Shown: in pieces, positions 9,907-17,848 of the stretch
Layout of the letters: each line of letters begins with the position of its first letter
Numbering within the stretch: position 1 is the first letter of the stretch
Program-made: the position numbers and the translations under genes
From: Patescibacteria group bacterium
GTDB lineage: Bacteria > Patescibacteriota > JABMPQ01
DNA: 64,000 nt
NCBI GenBank assembly: GCA_018818965.1
Contig: JAHJQX010000024.1
Span: forward strand, 6,105 to 70,104
Direction: 5' to 3'
Notes under the pieces: generated by a model
What the model was told of the DNA's origin: nothing
The model's input: the letters and a program-made list of their open reading frames with translations, nothing else
Database searches by the model: none

Positions 9907-10044
9907 TTAAGCTGACAACCGCTTGCGGCCTTTGGCCCGACGACTTTTCAACACACGACGACCAGATTTGGTACGCATGCGTTTACGAAAACCGTGCTCT
10001 CGTTTTCTTTTTCTTTTCTTAGGTTGATATGTTCTTTTCGGCAT
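9907..10044 (-). CDS. rpmH: 50S ribosomal protein L34
   Basis: Manually translated 45 aa: [45 protein letters not shown]. Below the ORF-track length cut-off. Confidence 0.85.
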   Translation of the reverse strand: MPKRTYQPKKRKRKREHGFRKRMRTKSGRRVLKSRRAKGRKRLSA

Positions 10045-10120
10045 AGTGGCTTTAAAAATTACAAGCCTATTCTAACAGCTTGCTTCTACTCGGTCAATAA
10101 AGAATGGGTTAATATCAACA

Positions 10121-10149
10121 TTGATTTTTGTCTCAAATTGTGTTAAAAT
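10121..10149 (+). promoter_or_regulatory. Sigma70-like promoter candidate upstream of the 10180 gene
   Basis: TTGATT, 17 nt spacer, then TGT-TAAAAT (extended -10). Confidence 0.3.
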
Positions 10150-10179
10150 GGTAACAACTGGAGAAAATAATAAAAAACG

Positions 10180-10419
10180 ATGTCATATACATACACTGGG
10201 ATTAGAAGCAAGTTCAACACTGATGAGTTTGATTTTACTTCCGAAGGATCGCAAACAAGAGCTCTGGAAGAAATTAAAGAAGTAGCCAAGGGCGGTAAAA
10301 GGGGAGTAAGGCGCACAGAATTAATAAAAATTTTACAGAGAAATATGGGTCGAGACGCAGGCAGAAAGGCTTATAATAAAATTACTGGCGGTAAATCAGG
10401 AGGTTGGTTTGGATTTTAA
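10180..10419 (+). CDS. Basic Gly-rich hypothetical protein (79 aa)
   Basis: ORF with an SD-like GGAG upstream. Shares an R-x-E-[LI]-x-K-x-x-x-[MF]G module with the next ORF. Confidence 0.35.
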   Translation: MSYTYTGIRSKFNTDEFDFTSEGSQTRALEEIKEVAKGGKRGVRRTELIKILQRNMGRDAGRKAYNKITGGKSGGWFGF

Positions 10420-10943
10420 ATAAGTTATTTAATAACTGTAAACCAATGGCACCAAGAATAACTCAAGGGGACTTATATAAAGGAGTAAAACAAGGACTCA
10501 GCGGCCACGGTGGCGCCGCTAGGAGCGGTGCTTTAAATAAATTAGGTATAAAGAAACAGGGGCAAGGTCTACGTAAAGACAAGCACGTGGGTATTATGAA
10601 AACCAAAGTTGGAGCTAATAAATATATGCGGCGAGCTGGATTGAACCGTCTTGAACGCCGAGCGATTATGAAAACTATGTTTGGCTCGGGAAAGGCCGCT
10701 AACATTAAGACTACTGGAACTGATAAATTTGCTAATAATACTCCTGGTAATGCTCCCGCCAGTGGGAAAAAGGTCGGTCTCTTCAGCCGCGGTGACAGTG
10801 CCAGTCGGGCTCGGGCTCAAATCAGCAGACAATTTGGCACTCGTCCCGGCGGGCCTGGTTTTACCAGCGATCGTTCTTCTTCAACTGGCTCTTCTGCTGG
10901 TGGCTCTTCGGGCAGAACCCGTCCAGCTGGTCCCCTATTCTAA
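10404..10943 (+). CDS. Basic Gly/Ser-rich low-complexity hypothetical protein (alternative ATG at 10446)
   Basis: 179 aa, disordered-looking, with repeated GxxxG / KxG modules. C-terminus is SSSTGSSAGGSSGRTRPAGP. No domain recognised. Confidence 0.35.
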   Translation: MVWILNKLFNNCKPMAPRITQGDLYKGVKQGLSGHGGAARSGALNKLGIKKQGQGLRKDKHVGIMKTKVGANKYMRRAGLNRLERRAIMKTMFGSGKAANIKTTGTDKFANNTPGNAPASGKKVGLFSRGDSASRARAQISRQFGTRPGGPGFTSDRSSSTGSSAGGSSGRTRPAGPLF

Positions 10944-10961
10944 ACTAACATAAATTAAAAA

Positions 10962-10988
10962 GCGAAGGGATTCCCCTCGCTTTTTTTA
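10962..10988 (+). terminator. Rho-independent terminator
   Basis: gcgaaggg-att-cccctcgc hairpin followed by T7. Confidence 0.5.
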
Positions 10989-11021
10989 TTATTCAAAAAG
11001 TAGCTGAGATCTGTTATATTA

Positions 11022-11045
11022 AGCCTGCCTACCGGTAGGCAGGCT
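11022..11045. repeat. Perfect 24-nt palindrome agcctgcctaccggtaggcaggct
   Basis: Self-complementary across its full length. Shares the core CCTACC..GGTAGG with the hairpins at 33468-33491 and 44628-44652. Confidence 0.5.
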
Positions 11046-11052
11046 CTGCCGA

Positions 11053-11139
11053 GTAATATAATGGAGAGGTGGCTGAGCGGTTGAAGGCGTCGCTCTCGAA
11101 AAGCGATAGGTTCGCAAGGGCCTCGAGGGTTCAAATCCC
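11053..11139 (+). tRNA. tRNA-Ser (anticodon CGA), type II with long variable arm
   Basis: Acceptor GGAGAGG/CCTCTCC, anticodon loop CTCGAAA, T-arm GAGGG-TTCAAAT-CCCTC, discriminator G. Near-identical layout to the E. coli tRNA-Ser(CGA) sequence as I recall it from memory. Confidence 0.9.
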
Positions 11140-11177
11140 TCCCTCTCCGGTTTTATAGACGTGGATGAATAAAATAA

Positions 11178-11396
11178 TTATAAATATACTTCTTTGCGAT
11201 GCTTTATTCGCAAAATTATTAGAATGGTAATATTCCCTTGATCATCAATATCAAATACCACCCGATAATTTCCAATCCTAAACCGATAAGTTCCTAGTCT
11301 ACTGTCTTTCAGTTTTTTGGCATGCTGCAATGGGTTGCTTTGAACAATATAGAACCGTAATTTTTCCGCTATTCTCTTTTGGATATTTTTCTCCAA
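11178..11396 (-). CDS. RelE/ParE-family type II toxin-like protein (TTG start)
   Basis: 72 aa with a RelE/ParE-like core (…LGTYRFRIGNYRVVFDIDDQGNITILII…). The ORF track used a TTG initiation codon. No antitoxin ORF of 60 aa or more is adjacent. Confidence 0.55.
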   Translation of the reverse strand: MEKNIQKRIAEKLRFYIVQSNPLQHAKKLKDSRLGTYRFRIGNYRVVFDIDDQGNITILIILRIKHRKEVYL

Positions 11397-11400
11397 TGAA

Positions 11401-11430
11401 AAACCACCAGCTTAACGCTGGTGGTTTTTC
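11401..11430. terminator. Bidirectional rho-independent terminator hairpin
   Basis: aaaCCACCAGC-ttaac-GCTGGTGGttttt, an 8-bp perfect stem flanked by A- and T-runs. Confidence 0.55.
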
Positions 11431-11444
11431 CTGTAATAAAAAAA

Positions 11445-11461
11445 GGGCGCTGATGGCGCCC
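11445..11461 (-). terminator. GC hairpin with a T-run on the minus strand
   Basis: GGGCGC-tgatg-GCGCCC. The minus strand continues with tttttttatt. Confidence 0.4.
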
Positions 11462-11599
11462 TTATAAAAATATTTATGGCGCTCAGCGCCCTCAACGTCT
11501 CACGCTATACACTGCTACCCCCCGAAGGGAGTGGCAGAGATCGTTAGTGCGAAACGTGGGCGTCTGAACAAAAATTTAATTTTGTCAAACGTTGAATGA

Positions 11600-12100
11600 T
11601 TCTCTTACCATTCGTGTGGTAGTACGAACTTATTTGGCTCGTCTTACCGATTTTTGTTTTTGTTTATTTCTCGCCGAGGCGAGATCTATAAAGAACAAGT
11701 TATAAACAGTAAGAGATCTCTATAGAAGTAGCTTACCTCTGTAGAAAACTCTTACCCTTTTTCGTAAATCCCTTAACGTTCAACTTGAACACATCATAGC
11801 ACGTTTTTTAAACACAATCAAGGCAATTTTTTCAACATCTGTGGACAAAACCGCTATTTTTTTATTGGTTTACACTAAGCCCTAAAGTAGGCATTACTTG
11901 AAAAATAAATCGCTTAACAACAACTTATCAACAGTTTTCAACAATTTTCTGAACAATACTTTTATCCAAAATTAGGAGGTAATAAGGACTTTTTGGACTG
12001 AGTACCACATCTGGTTATTTGCGCTTAAAAAAGCCTCAATCTTAAAATAACCTGACATTATAGAAATAAATCTTGGATTACTGGACAACTATCTTGAACA
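11600..12100. other. AT-rich non-coding region with DnaA-box-like 9-mers; candidate replication-origin or regulatory region
   Basis: No ORF of 60 aa or more on either strand across about 700 bp. TGTGGACAA at 11840-11848, TTATCAACA at 11925-11933 and TTATCCAAA at 11962-11970 each differ by 1 nt from TTATCCACA. Several short palindromes (tctcgccgaggcgaga, agagatctct). Confidence 0.3.
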
Positions 12101-12110
12101 AAAGGCTTGA

Positions 12111-14888
12111 TTACTTGTCCTGAAGCCATTCCCAGGCGTGAGTGACAACTTGAGCTTTAGGGCAGTATTCTACCTGAGAAGTAGGCAAATTTTTAATAAA
12201 TTCTGCCCCGTATCGGGCTGTTTCCACCCGGTTATCCAAAACGATAAACACCCCCCGATCATCAACGCTTTTTATCAATTGTTGAAAAACTTGGCGCCAT
12301 TTCAATAACGCTTCTGGCAAAGCTGATTGCTGGAAAGCATTTTGACCACCTTGGCTACGCGCCGTAGTGAGAGGATCAGAGAAAAATCCAAAGGGCAGTT
12401 TATGGATAATCAGACAGGCTAATTTTTCTGAGGGAATCTCATTTTTTAATAAAAATTCGTGGGTGACTATTAGAACAGCCTGGTCTTGGTGAAAATATTC
12501 TTGCTTAACTTTATCTTCTCCTCCCGAAATGCCTAATCCCAACACCTTGATGCTCTTTTCCTTCAAAGGCAAAGCTAAATCGGTAAATATTTTTCTGACG
12601 GCCGCTCTACTACCACAAGATATAATTGTTTTCCCTTTCAATTTTGTAGCCATACCCATAACAATTCGTTGTAGATCTTGATGAAAACCGGGCTGGTTAT
12701 GACCAACAATATCAGTGGGCACAATGACCTTGGCCTGCTGGTCATACTGGTAAGGAGCAGCAATGTCATGCTGATTATATTCCTCACCTAGCCCTAAACG
12801 CTCGCGAAAATAATCGGTGTTCGTCTGGTTATTAAAGACCGAAGAAACAAAACTAACTGAGCCCGATTTCGCTAACAAATTGCTCTGCAGAAAATCGCCC
12901 ACCTGCTGGGGTGACAGTGAGAGTTGCAAATAGTTATTGTTCAAGCTCAGCCAAGCCACCTCGTTCGCCTCCGGTTGCAATATTATTTTCTCTAGTTCCT
13001 TGGTCGTATCGTAAAGATCCTGATAAGCACCAGATAGATCACAGTGGATTTCTTGAGCTGATTTTTGCTTCAGGGAGACTAATAATTTATCAAGTTGAGC
13101 CAAAAAAGCATACATGTCTACAATATAATTCTGGCCTGCTTGCTTTACCCGATCCCATTCCGGATACTGCCGCACATCAATATCGAGAGTCAAAGTGAAA
13201 TAGTCACCCCCCACGGCTAAATCCTGTTTCTGCTGGCTAGCAAAGATGCCCAAGACACCGAAAAACAAAGTTGTCTTGTCTTTAATTTTGGTTGCTTGTC
13301 TTATCAGCGCCGCCACTTGGCTCTTAGTAACTTTCTTGAGAAGTGCTTTTCTAGGAATTAGCTGCAAGAACCCCGGATCGTGATCCAACCAAGAAAGCTT
13401 CCTGGTGATACTATTTTCACTCAGCTGGAAACTCAAATAATGGGTAAACTGCTTTTCTAACTCTTGGGCTTCGTCGAAAATTACGTTTTTTATACGCAAA
13501 GATTTTCCTTCGGCAGCTAAAGCAGTGTGATTAAATATTACTACGTCCGATTTCTGCGCTTTTTGAAAAGCATTATAGTAAAAACAATCTTGGTAGTAAG
13601 AACAATTCTTCTGCAAACAGTATTTGACGTCACAATTAACCTGCTCTTCCACCCGATAATCTTCATAGCTCCAAGCCATTTCGGTAAAAAGGCCGAATTG
13701 GGCAATGTCTAGCCAAAGTAGCAGCTTGGCTAAAGCCTCCATCTGGGCAGTCGATAGTTCTGGCTTGTTTTTGAATTGCTCGAAACGCCGTCGACACAAA
13801 TATTTCCGCCGGTCTTCTAGCAAAGCCGGGGTGAAATTGAAGGGGGTAATGTTTTGAACTATTTCCGCTTCCTCGGTAGATAATTGTTTCTGCAAAGAAA
13901 AAGGACTGACAGAAATCGCTACCGATTGGCTGGTCTTTTTCGCCTGAGCCTGATAGGCAGCAGCAACTAGATAGGCTAAATATCGACCAACCCCTGGCCC
14001 AGCGTTAATAATTGACTGTTTGCTACCCGTGAAATCTTTTACTAGCTGCTGCAACAACGCTACTTGGCTTGGTCGGAACTCATAGTTGGTGATGATTTTT
14101 TTTAGCTGCTCTTTCTTTTTAAATAGGGCTTCGATCTCTGTCAGACCTACTCTGCGCTGATCGGTCTTTTTCGGAGTGGTTTTGGGCTTAGCTATTACCT
14201 TACTCTTTTTCTCTTTCTCGCCCCGACGTGCCGATAAAACCTGTTTGAAAACAGCTGCTAACCCCCAATCATGTTTGACCGCATACCTATTAATTTCCTG
14301 CAGAACGCCATAATTTACTTCGTAGATTCTCTTAACTAGTCGCAAAAAAAGATCCTTACTAGCCAAGACATCATCTAAAGCTCGATGACTTTCGATGTGC
14401 TTGATCTTGAGATAATTTGTCAGGACTTCCAAGCTATGAGAAGACAGCTCTGGCACCAACATAGTAGCCAGCTTCCAAGTATCATAGCGAGGGTTAGTCA
14501 ATTCTACTCCTTTACCCGCCAGAAAATTAATATCAAAATTAATATTATGGCCAACGATCGGGTGCTTACCGATAAATTTAACTAAATCATCTTTGACGTC
14601 GGCAAAGGGAGGTGCTTCAACTACCTGTTTGTCCACAATACCCGTAATCGCTGAGACAATGGCCGGAATTTTACCACTCGGCTTAGTCAAAAATTGAAAC
14701 TCCGCCAATACCTTATCACCTTTGAACTTAGCAGCCGCTACTTCAATAATGTCACCGCGGTTAGGCGTGAGATCGGTGGTTTCCAGATCGAGGGCAACGC
14801 AAGTTTTGGGAAAAGTTAGTTTCATGGGTGTCATGGTAGCAGGGTTTGGAGAGGGAGACAAATAAAAAAAGCTTCTTGTTATCATCAA
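12111..14888 (-). CDS. dinG: DinG-family ATP-dependent helicase with N-terminal DnaQ-like 3'-5' exonuclease domain
   Basis: 925 aa. N-terminal DEDDh exonuclease motifs (ALDLETTDL, GHNINFDINFL, HRALDD). Helicase motifs are divergent Walker A (NAGPGVGRY), DEAQ box (IFDEAQELE), an Fe-S Cys cluster (C..C…C..C) and motif VI-like (FIVLDNR). Confidence 0.8.
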   Translation of the reverse strand: MMITRSFFYLSPSPNPATMTPMKLTFPKTCVALDLETTDLTPNRGDIIEVAAAKFKGDKVLAEFQFLTKPSGKIPAIVSAITGIVDKQVVEAPPFADVKDDLVKFIGKHPIVGHNINFDINFLAGKGVELTNPRYDTWKLATMLVPELSSHSLEVLTNYLKIKHIESHRALDDVLASKDLFLRLVKRIYEVNYGVLQEINRYAVKHDWGLAAVFKQVLSARRGEKEKKSKVIAKPKTTPKKTDQRRVGLTEIEALFKKKEQLKKIITNYEFRPSQVALLQQLVKDFTGSKQSIINAGPGVGRYLAYLVAAAYQAQAKKTSQSVAISVSPFSLQKQLSTEEAEIVQNITPFNFTPALLEDRRKYLCRRRFEQFKNKPELSTAQMEALAKLLLWLDIAQFGLFTEMAWSYEDYRVEEQVNCDVKYCLQKNCSYYQDCFYYNAFQKAQKSDVVIFNHTALAAEGKSLRIKNVIFDEAQELEKQFTHYLSFQLSENSITRKLSWLDHDPGFLQLIPRKALLKKVTKSQVAALIRQATKIKDKTTLFFGVLGIFASQQKQDLAVGGDYFTLTLDIDVRQYPEWDRVKQAGQNYIVDMYAFLAQLDKLLVSLKQKSAQEIHCDLSGAYQDLYDTTKELEKIILQPEANEVAWLSLNNNYLQLSLSPQQVGDFLQSNLLAKSGSVSFVSSVFNNQTNTDYFRERLGLGEEYNQHDIAAPYQYDQQAKVIVPTDIVGHNQPGFHQDLQRIVMGMATKLKGKTIISCGSRAAVRKIFTDLALPLKEKSIKVLGLGISGGEDKVKQEYFHQDQAVLIVTHEFLLKNEIPSEKLACLIIHKLPFGFFSDPLTTARSQGGQNAFQQSALPEALLKWRQVFQQLIKSVDDRGVFIVLDNRVETARYGAEFIKNLPTSQVEYCPKAQVVTHAWEWLQDK

Positions 14889-14904
14889 GTAAGCTTAAGA
14901 ACTA

Positions 14905-15240
14905 CTACTGGCCGCAGCCCTTCTTCTGGTGGCAGCGAAGGGGGCAAAGGTTGTAGGTATCACTGCCCACCCGCAAGAAAACCACCTGTACCTTGCGATT
15001 CTTGGCACATGGGTAGATGTAAAAGTTGCCATCAACTAATACATCTTCTAAATGACTAGCAACAACTCTCTGGATCCACCGAAAACCCACTTTGGGAGTT
15101 CCAACCTCCGAGAACCATAGCTTTACCCGACCCAAAACCTCACAGCATCTACCCCCCATCTCATTTCTGATTGCCACCAGGCTATCACGTCCTGAGCCTT
15201 CAACAAACCTTTTCACTTCTGCTGTAGTAGACGCTGGCAC
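14905..15240 (-). CDS. Hypothetical Cys-containing protein (111 aa) upstream of dinG
   Basis: ORF co-directional with dinG, 17 nt apart. C-terminal CPLRCHQKKGCGQ. No recognised domain. Confidence 0.3.
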   Translation of the reverse strand: MPASTTAEVKRFVEGSGRDSLVAIRNEMGGRCCEVLGRVKLWFSEVGTPKVGFRWIQRVVASHLEDVLVDGNFYIYPCAKNRKVQVVFLRVGSDTYNLCPLRCHQKKGCGQ

Positions 15241-15326
15241 CCTTGCCTCCTGTTAAAAGTTCTGGCCAACCGCTAAAATCATTCAAATATAACAAAGTTG
15301 TCAGATCTTACAACCCCAAATTGCTT

Positions 15327-15355
15327 TTGACACTTCCCGCTTTTTCCGCTAGGAT
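15327..15355 (+). promoter_or_regulatory. Promoter candidate for infB
   Basis: TTGACA, 17 nt spacer, TAGGAT, then about 60 nt to the infB ATG. Confidence 0.25.
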
Positions 15356-15413
15356 AGTAGGTAAATAAGATGATTAATGCCTAATTAATTAGCTATCAGA
15401 CATTCTCTAAACT

Positions 15414-17387
15414 ATGCCAACCAAGAAAGCAAAACCGAAGAAAAAGATAACTACAGCTAAGAAAACGACGACCAAAAAGTCAGCCCCAAAGAAAAAGGCT
15501 GAAGTTGTAGTTGAAAAGGAAGAAAAAATCACTGCTAGCCAAGAAGTTCCGACCGAAAAACCGGAAGTTGAGACCACTGCCGAGGACAAAGAAAAACCGG
15601 AAGTTGAAACGATTGCTGAACCCAAAGTCAAAGTAGCCATTCCGCCCACTATCACCGTGCGAGACTTTGCTGACCGTCTGAAAATGACCGTCCCCGAAGT
15701 AATCACCGCTCTAATGAATAATGGTATTATGGCTTCTATCAACGAAGAGGTAGATTATGATACCGCTGCTCTTTTGGCAGAAGAATTAGGTTTTAAAGCC
15801 GAAAAAGAGATCAACGAAGAGGATATCACTAAGGAAAAAGGGGTGCGTAAACAGCTCCAGGAAGAATTTGCCGAAGCAGATGAGTCTGACCTCAAAAACC
15901 GCCCTCCAGTAGTAGCTGTGATGGGTCACGTCGACCATGGTAAAACTAAGTTGCTCGACGCTATTCGCGAAACCAATATCATCGATACGGAAGCTGGCGG
16001 TATTACCCAGAAGATCGGTGCTTATCAAGTTAAAGAAAAAGGGAGGCAAATCACCTTCATTGATACTCCTGGTCACGAAGCCTTTGCCGCTATGCGCGAA
16101 CGAGGAGCGAAGGTGACTGACATCGCTATTTTGGTAGTGGCAGCTGACGACGGGGTCAAACCGCAAACCAAAGAAGCAATCAAACACATCAAAAAAGCGG
16201 GTGTGCCGATGATCGTGGCCATCAACAAAATCGATAAGCCCGAAGCTGATCCGGAAAGAGTGAAAAAAGAACTGGCGGATAACCAAGTAATGCCGGAGGA
16301 ATGGGGTGGCGACACTGTTTGTGTAGCTGTCTCCGCCAAGCAAAAAACTAATATCAACGAACTCCTAGATATGATCTTGCTGGTAGCGGAAATGGAAAAC
16401 TTAAAAGCAAACCCAAAAGCATCAGCCATTGGGACGGTAATCGAGTCCGACAAAAATCCTAAGCGTGGCGTCGAAGCTACTATCTTAGTACAAAACGGTA
16501 CCCTTAAGCAAAGCGACGTAATCACTGTTGGCTCTGTCTACGGCAAAATTAAAGCCATGGAAAATTGCTTAGGTAAACGAATTAATCACGCTAAACCGGC
16601 TACGCCAGTACGGATATTAGGACTAGAATCTGTACCGGAAGTCGGCGACATCCTATTCGCGGAAGAAAGTATTGATAAAGCACGACAAAAAGTTGCCAGA
16701 TTGAAGAAATTTAGCCACCCTGTTGCCCTCAAGGCGGAAAGTAAAGATAAAAAGGGCAAAATTAAAAAATTAAACATCATTCTCAAAGCTGATACTCAAG
16801 GATCGCTAGAAGCAGTAATGGAATCACTAGTAAAAATAAAGTCGGACGAAGTACAGCCCGCTGTCATTAGTTACGGAGTAGGTAAAATTACCGAATCCGA
16901 TATCATGATGGCTACCTCTTCTCTGGCACTAGTCGTTAGCTTCAACACCAGCGTAACCTCAGTCGCCCAACGCATGGCGGAAGATGGAAATATTGAAATT
17001 AAATCGTATGACGTCATCTATAACTTGATCGACGAGATCAAAAAACGCTTAGAAGATATGTTGGAACCAGAAGTTATCCGCACTGATCTAGGTAAATTAG
17101 AAATCCTGGCTGTTTTTCGCACCGAACCGGGCAAAATGATCGTTGGTGGCAAAGTTTTGTCTAAGCACCTGGAAAATAATACGCTGGTACAAGTACTGCG
17201 TGGTAAAAAAGACGAACAGGAAGAGATGGGAACTGGTAAAATTACTAGTTTGCAAACCAATAAAGTAGAAGTAAAAAAAGTCAAGCAAGGTGAAGAGGCG
17301 GGAATTATGTTCGAAGGTGATGTGCGTATTAAAGTGGGAGATATTCTGGAAACTTGGAGGGAAGAAGTCAAAAAGAAAATATTGTAG
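15414..17387 (+). CDS. infB: Translation initiation factor IF-2
   Basis: 657 aa. Lys-rich N-terminus; G-domain motifs GHVDHGKT, DTPGHEAF, NKID. Confidence 0.9.
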   Translation: MPTKKAKPKKKITTAKKTTTKKSAPKKKAEVVVEKEEKITASQEVPTEKPEVETTAEDKEKPEVETIAEPKVKVAIPPTITVRDFADRLKMTVPEVITALMNNGIMASINEEVDYDTAALLAEELGFKAEKEINEEDITKEKGVRKQLQEEFAEADESDLKNRPPVVAVMGHVDHGKTKLLDAIRETNIIDTEAGGITQKIGAYQVKEKGRQITFIDTPGHEAFAAMRERGAKVTDIAILVVAADDGVKPQTKEAIKHIKKAGVPMIVAINKIDKPEADPERVKKELADNQVMPEEWGGDTVCVAVSAKQKTNINELLDMILLVAEMENLKANPKASAIGTVIESDKNPKRGVEATILVQNGTLKQSDVITVGSVYGKIKAMENCLGKRINHAKPATPVRILGLESVPEVGDILFAEESIDKARQKVARLKKFSHPVALKAESKDKKGKIKKLNIILKADTQGSLEAVMESLVKIKSDEVQPAVISYGVGKITESDIMMATSSLALVVSFNTSVTSVAQRMAEDGNIEIKSYDVIYNLIDEIKKRLEDMLEPEVIRTDLGKLEILAVFRTEPGKMIVGGKVLSKHLENNTLVQVLRGKKDEQEEMGTGKITSLQTNKVEVKKVKQGEEAGIMFEGDVRIKVGDILETWREEVKKKIL

Positions 17388-17402
17388 TAAGTTTATCAGC
17401 CC

Positions 17403-17453
17403 GAATATACCTCGGATTAGCGTGATGAATATTCGCGTGGCTCGAGGTATATT
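17403..17453 (+). promoter_or_regulatory. Structured intercistronic hairpin between infB and rbfA
   Basis: An 11-bp stem (gaatatacctcg / cgaggtatatt) encloses an inner palindrome around GAATATTC. Confidence 0.3.
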
Positions 17454-17464
17454 TATATAATGAT

Positions 17465-17848
17465 ATGTCTGTCCGTCTACGCAAGGTCAATCGCCTTGTC
17501 CAACAAGAATTAGGTAAAATAATCAACGAGGAGATGGAACTTCCAGCCGGAGTACTCGTTACTATTGCCAGTGTCCAAACTTCCGTTGACCTCAAACACG
17601 CCACGATTAACATTACCGTTACCCCCAAAGTCAAAACCCCCTCTACTCTCCGCCAGCTAAAACAAAATATCCACCACCTACAAAAATCCCTTAACAAAAG
17701 ATTGGTTCTGCGCTATGTTCCTAAGATTTGCTTTGCACTGGATATAGTACAAGATAAGCTAGATCGAGTAGAAGAACTCCTGCGCCAAGCACGCACAGAT
17801 AATACCAATACATGTTCAGTAAAGTTGAAATCCAAAGAAACCGATTAA
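17465..17848 (+). CDS. rbfA: Ribosome-binding factor A
   Basis: 127 aa with an RbfA-like N-terminus (RVNRLVQQELGKIINEE…). Conserved position after infB. Confidence 0.8.
   Translation: MSVRLRKVNRLVQQELGKIINEEMELPAGVLVTIASVQTSVDLKHATINITVTPKVKTPSTLRQLKQNIHHLQKSLNKRLVLRYVPKICFALDIVQDKLDRVEELLRQARTDNTNTCSVKLKSKETD

Noticed and set aside
11440-11600. Serial GC hairpins interpreted as tmRNA or SRP RNA
   Set aside because: There is no tRNA-like acceptor or T-arm pairing, no tag-peptide reading frame and no SRP domain-IV motif. I treat them as terminators or structured spacer.
15407-15742. 111-aa minus-strand ORF antisense to the Lys-rich N-terminus of infB
   Set aside because: It is an antisense artefact of a repetitive AAG/AAA-rich coding region and lies fully inside a confident infB.
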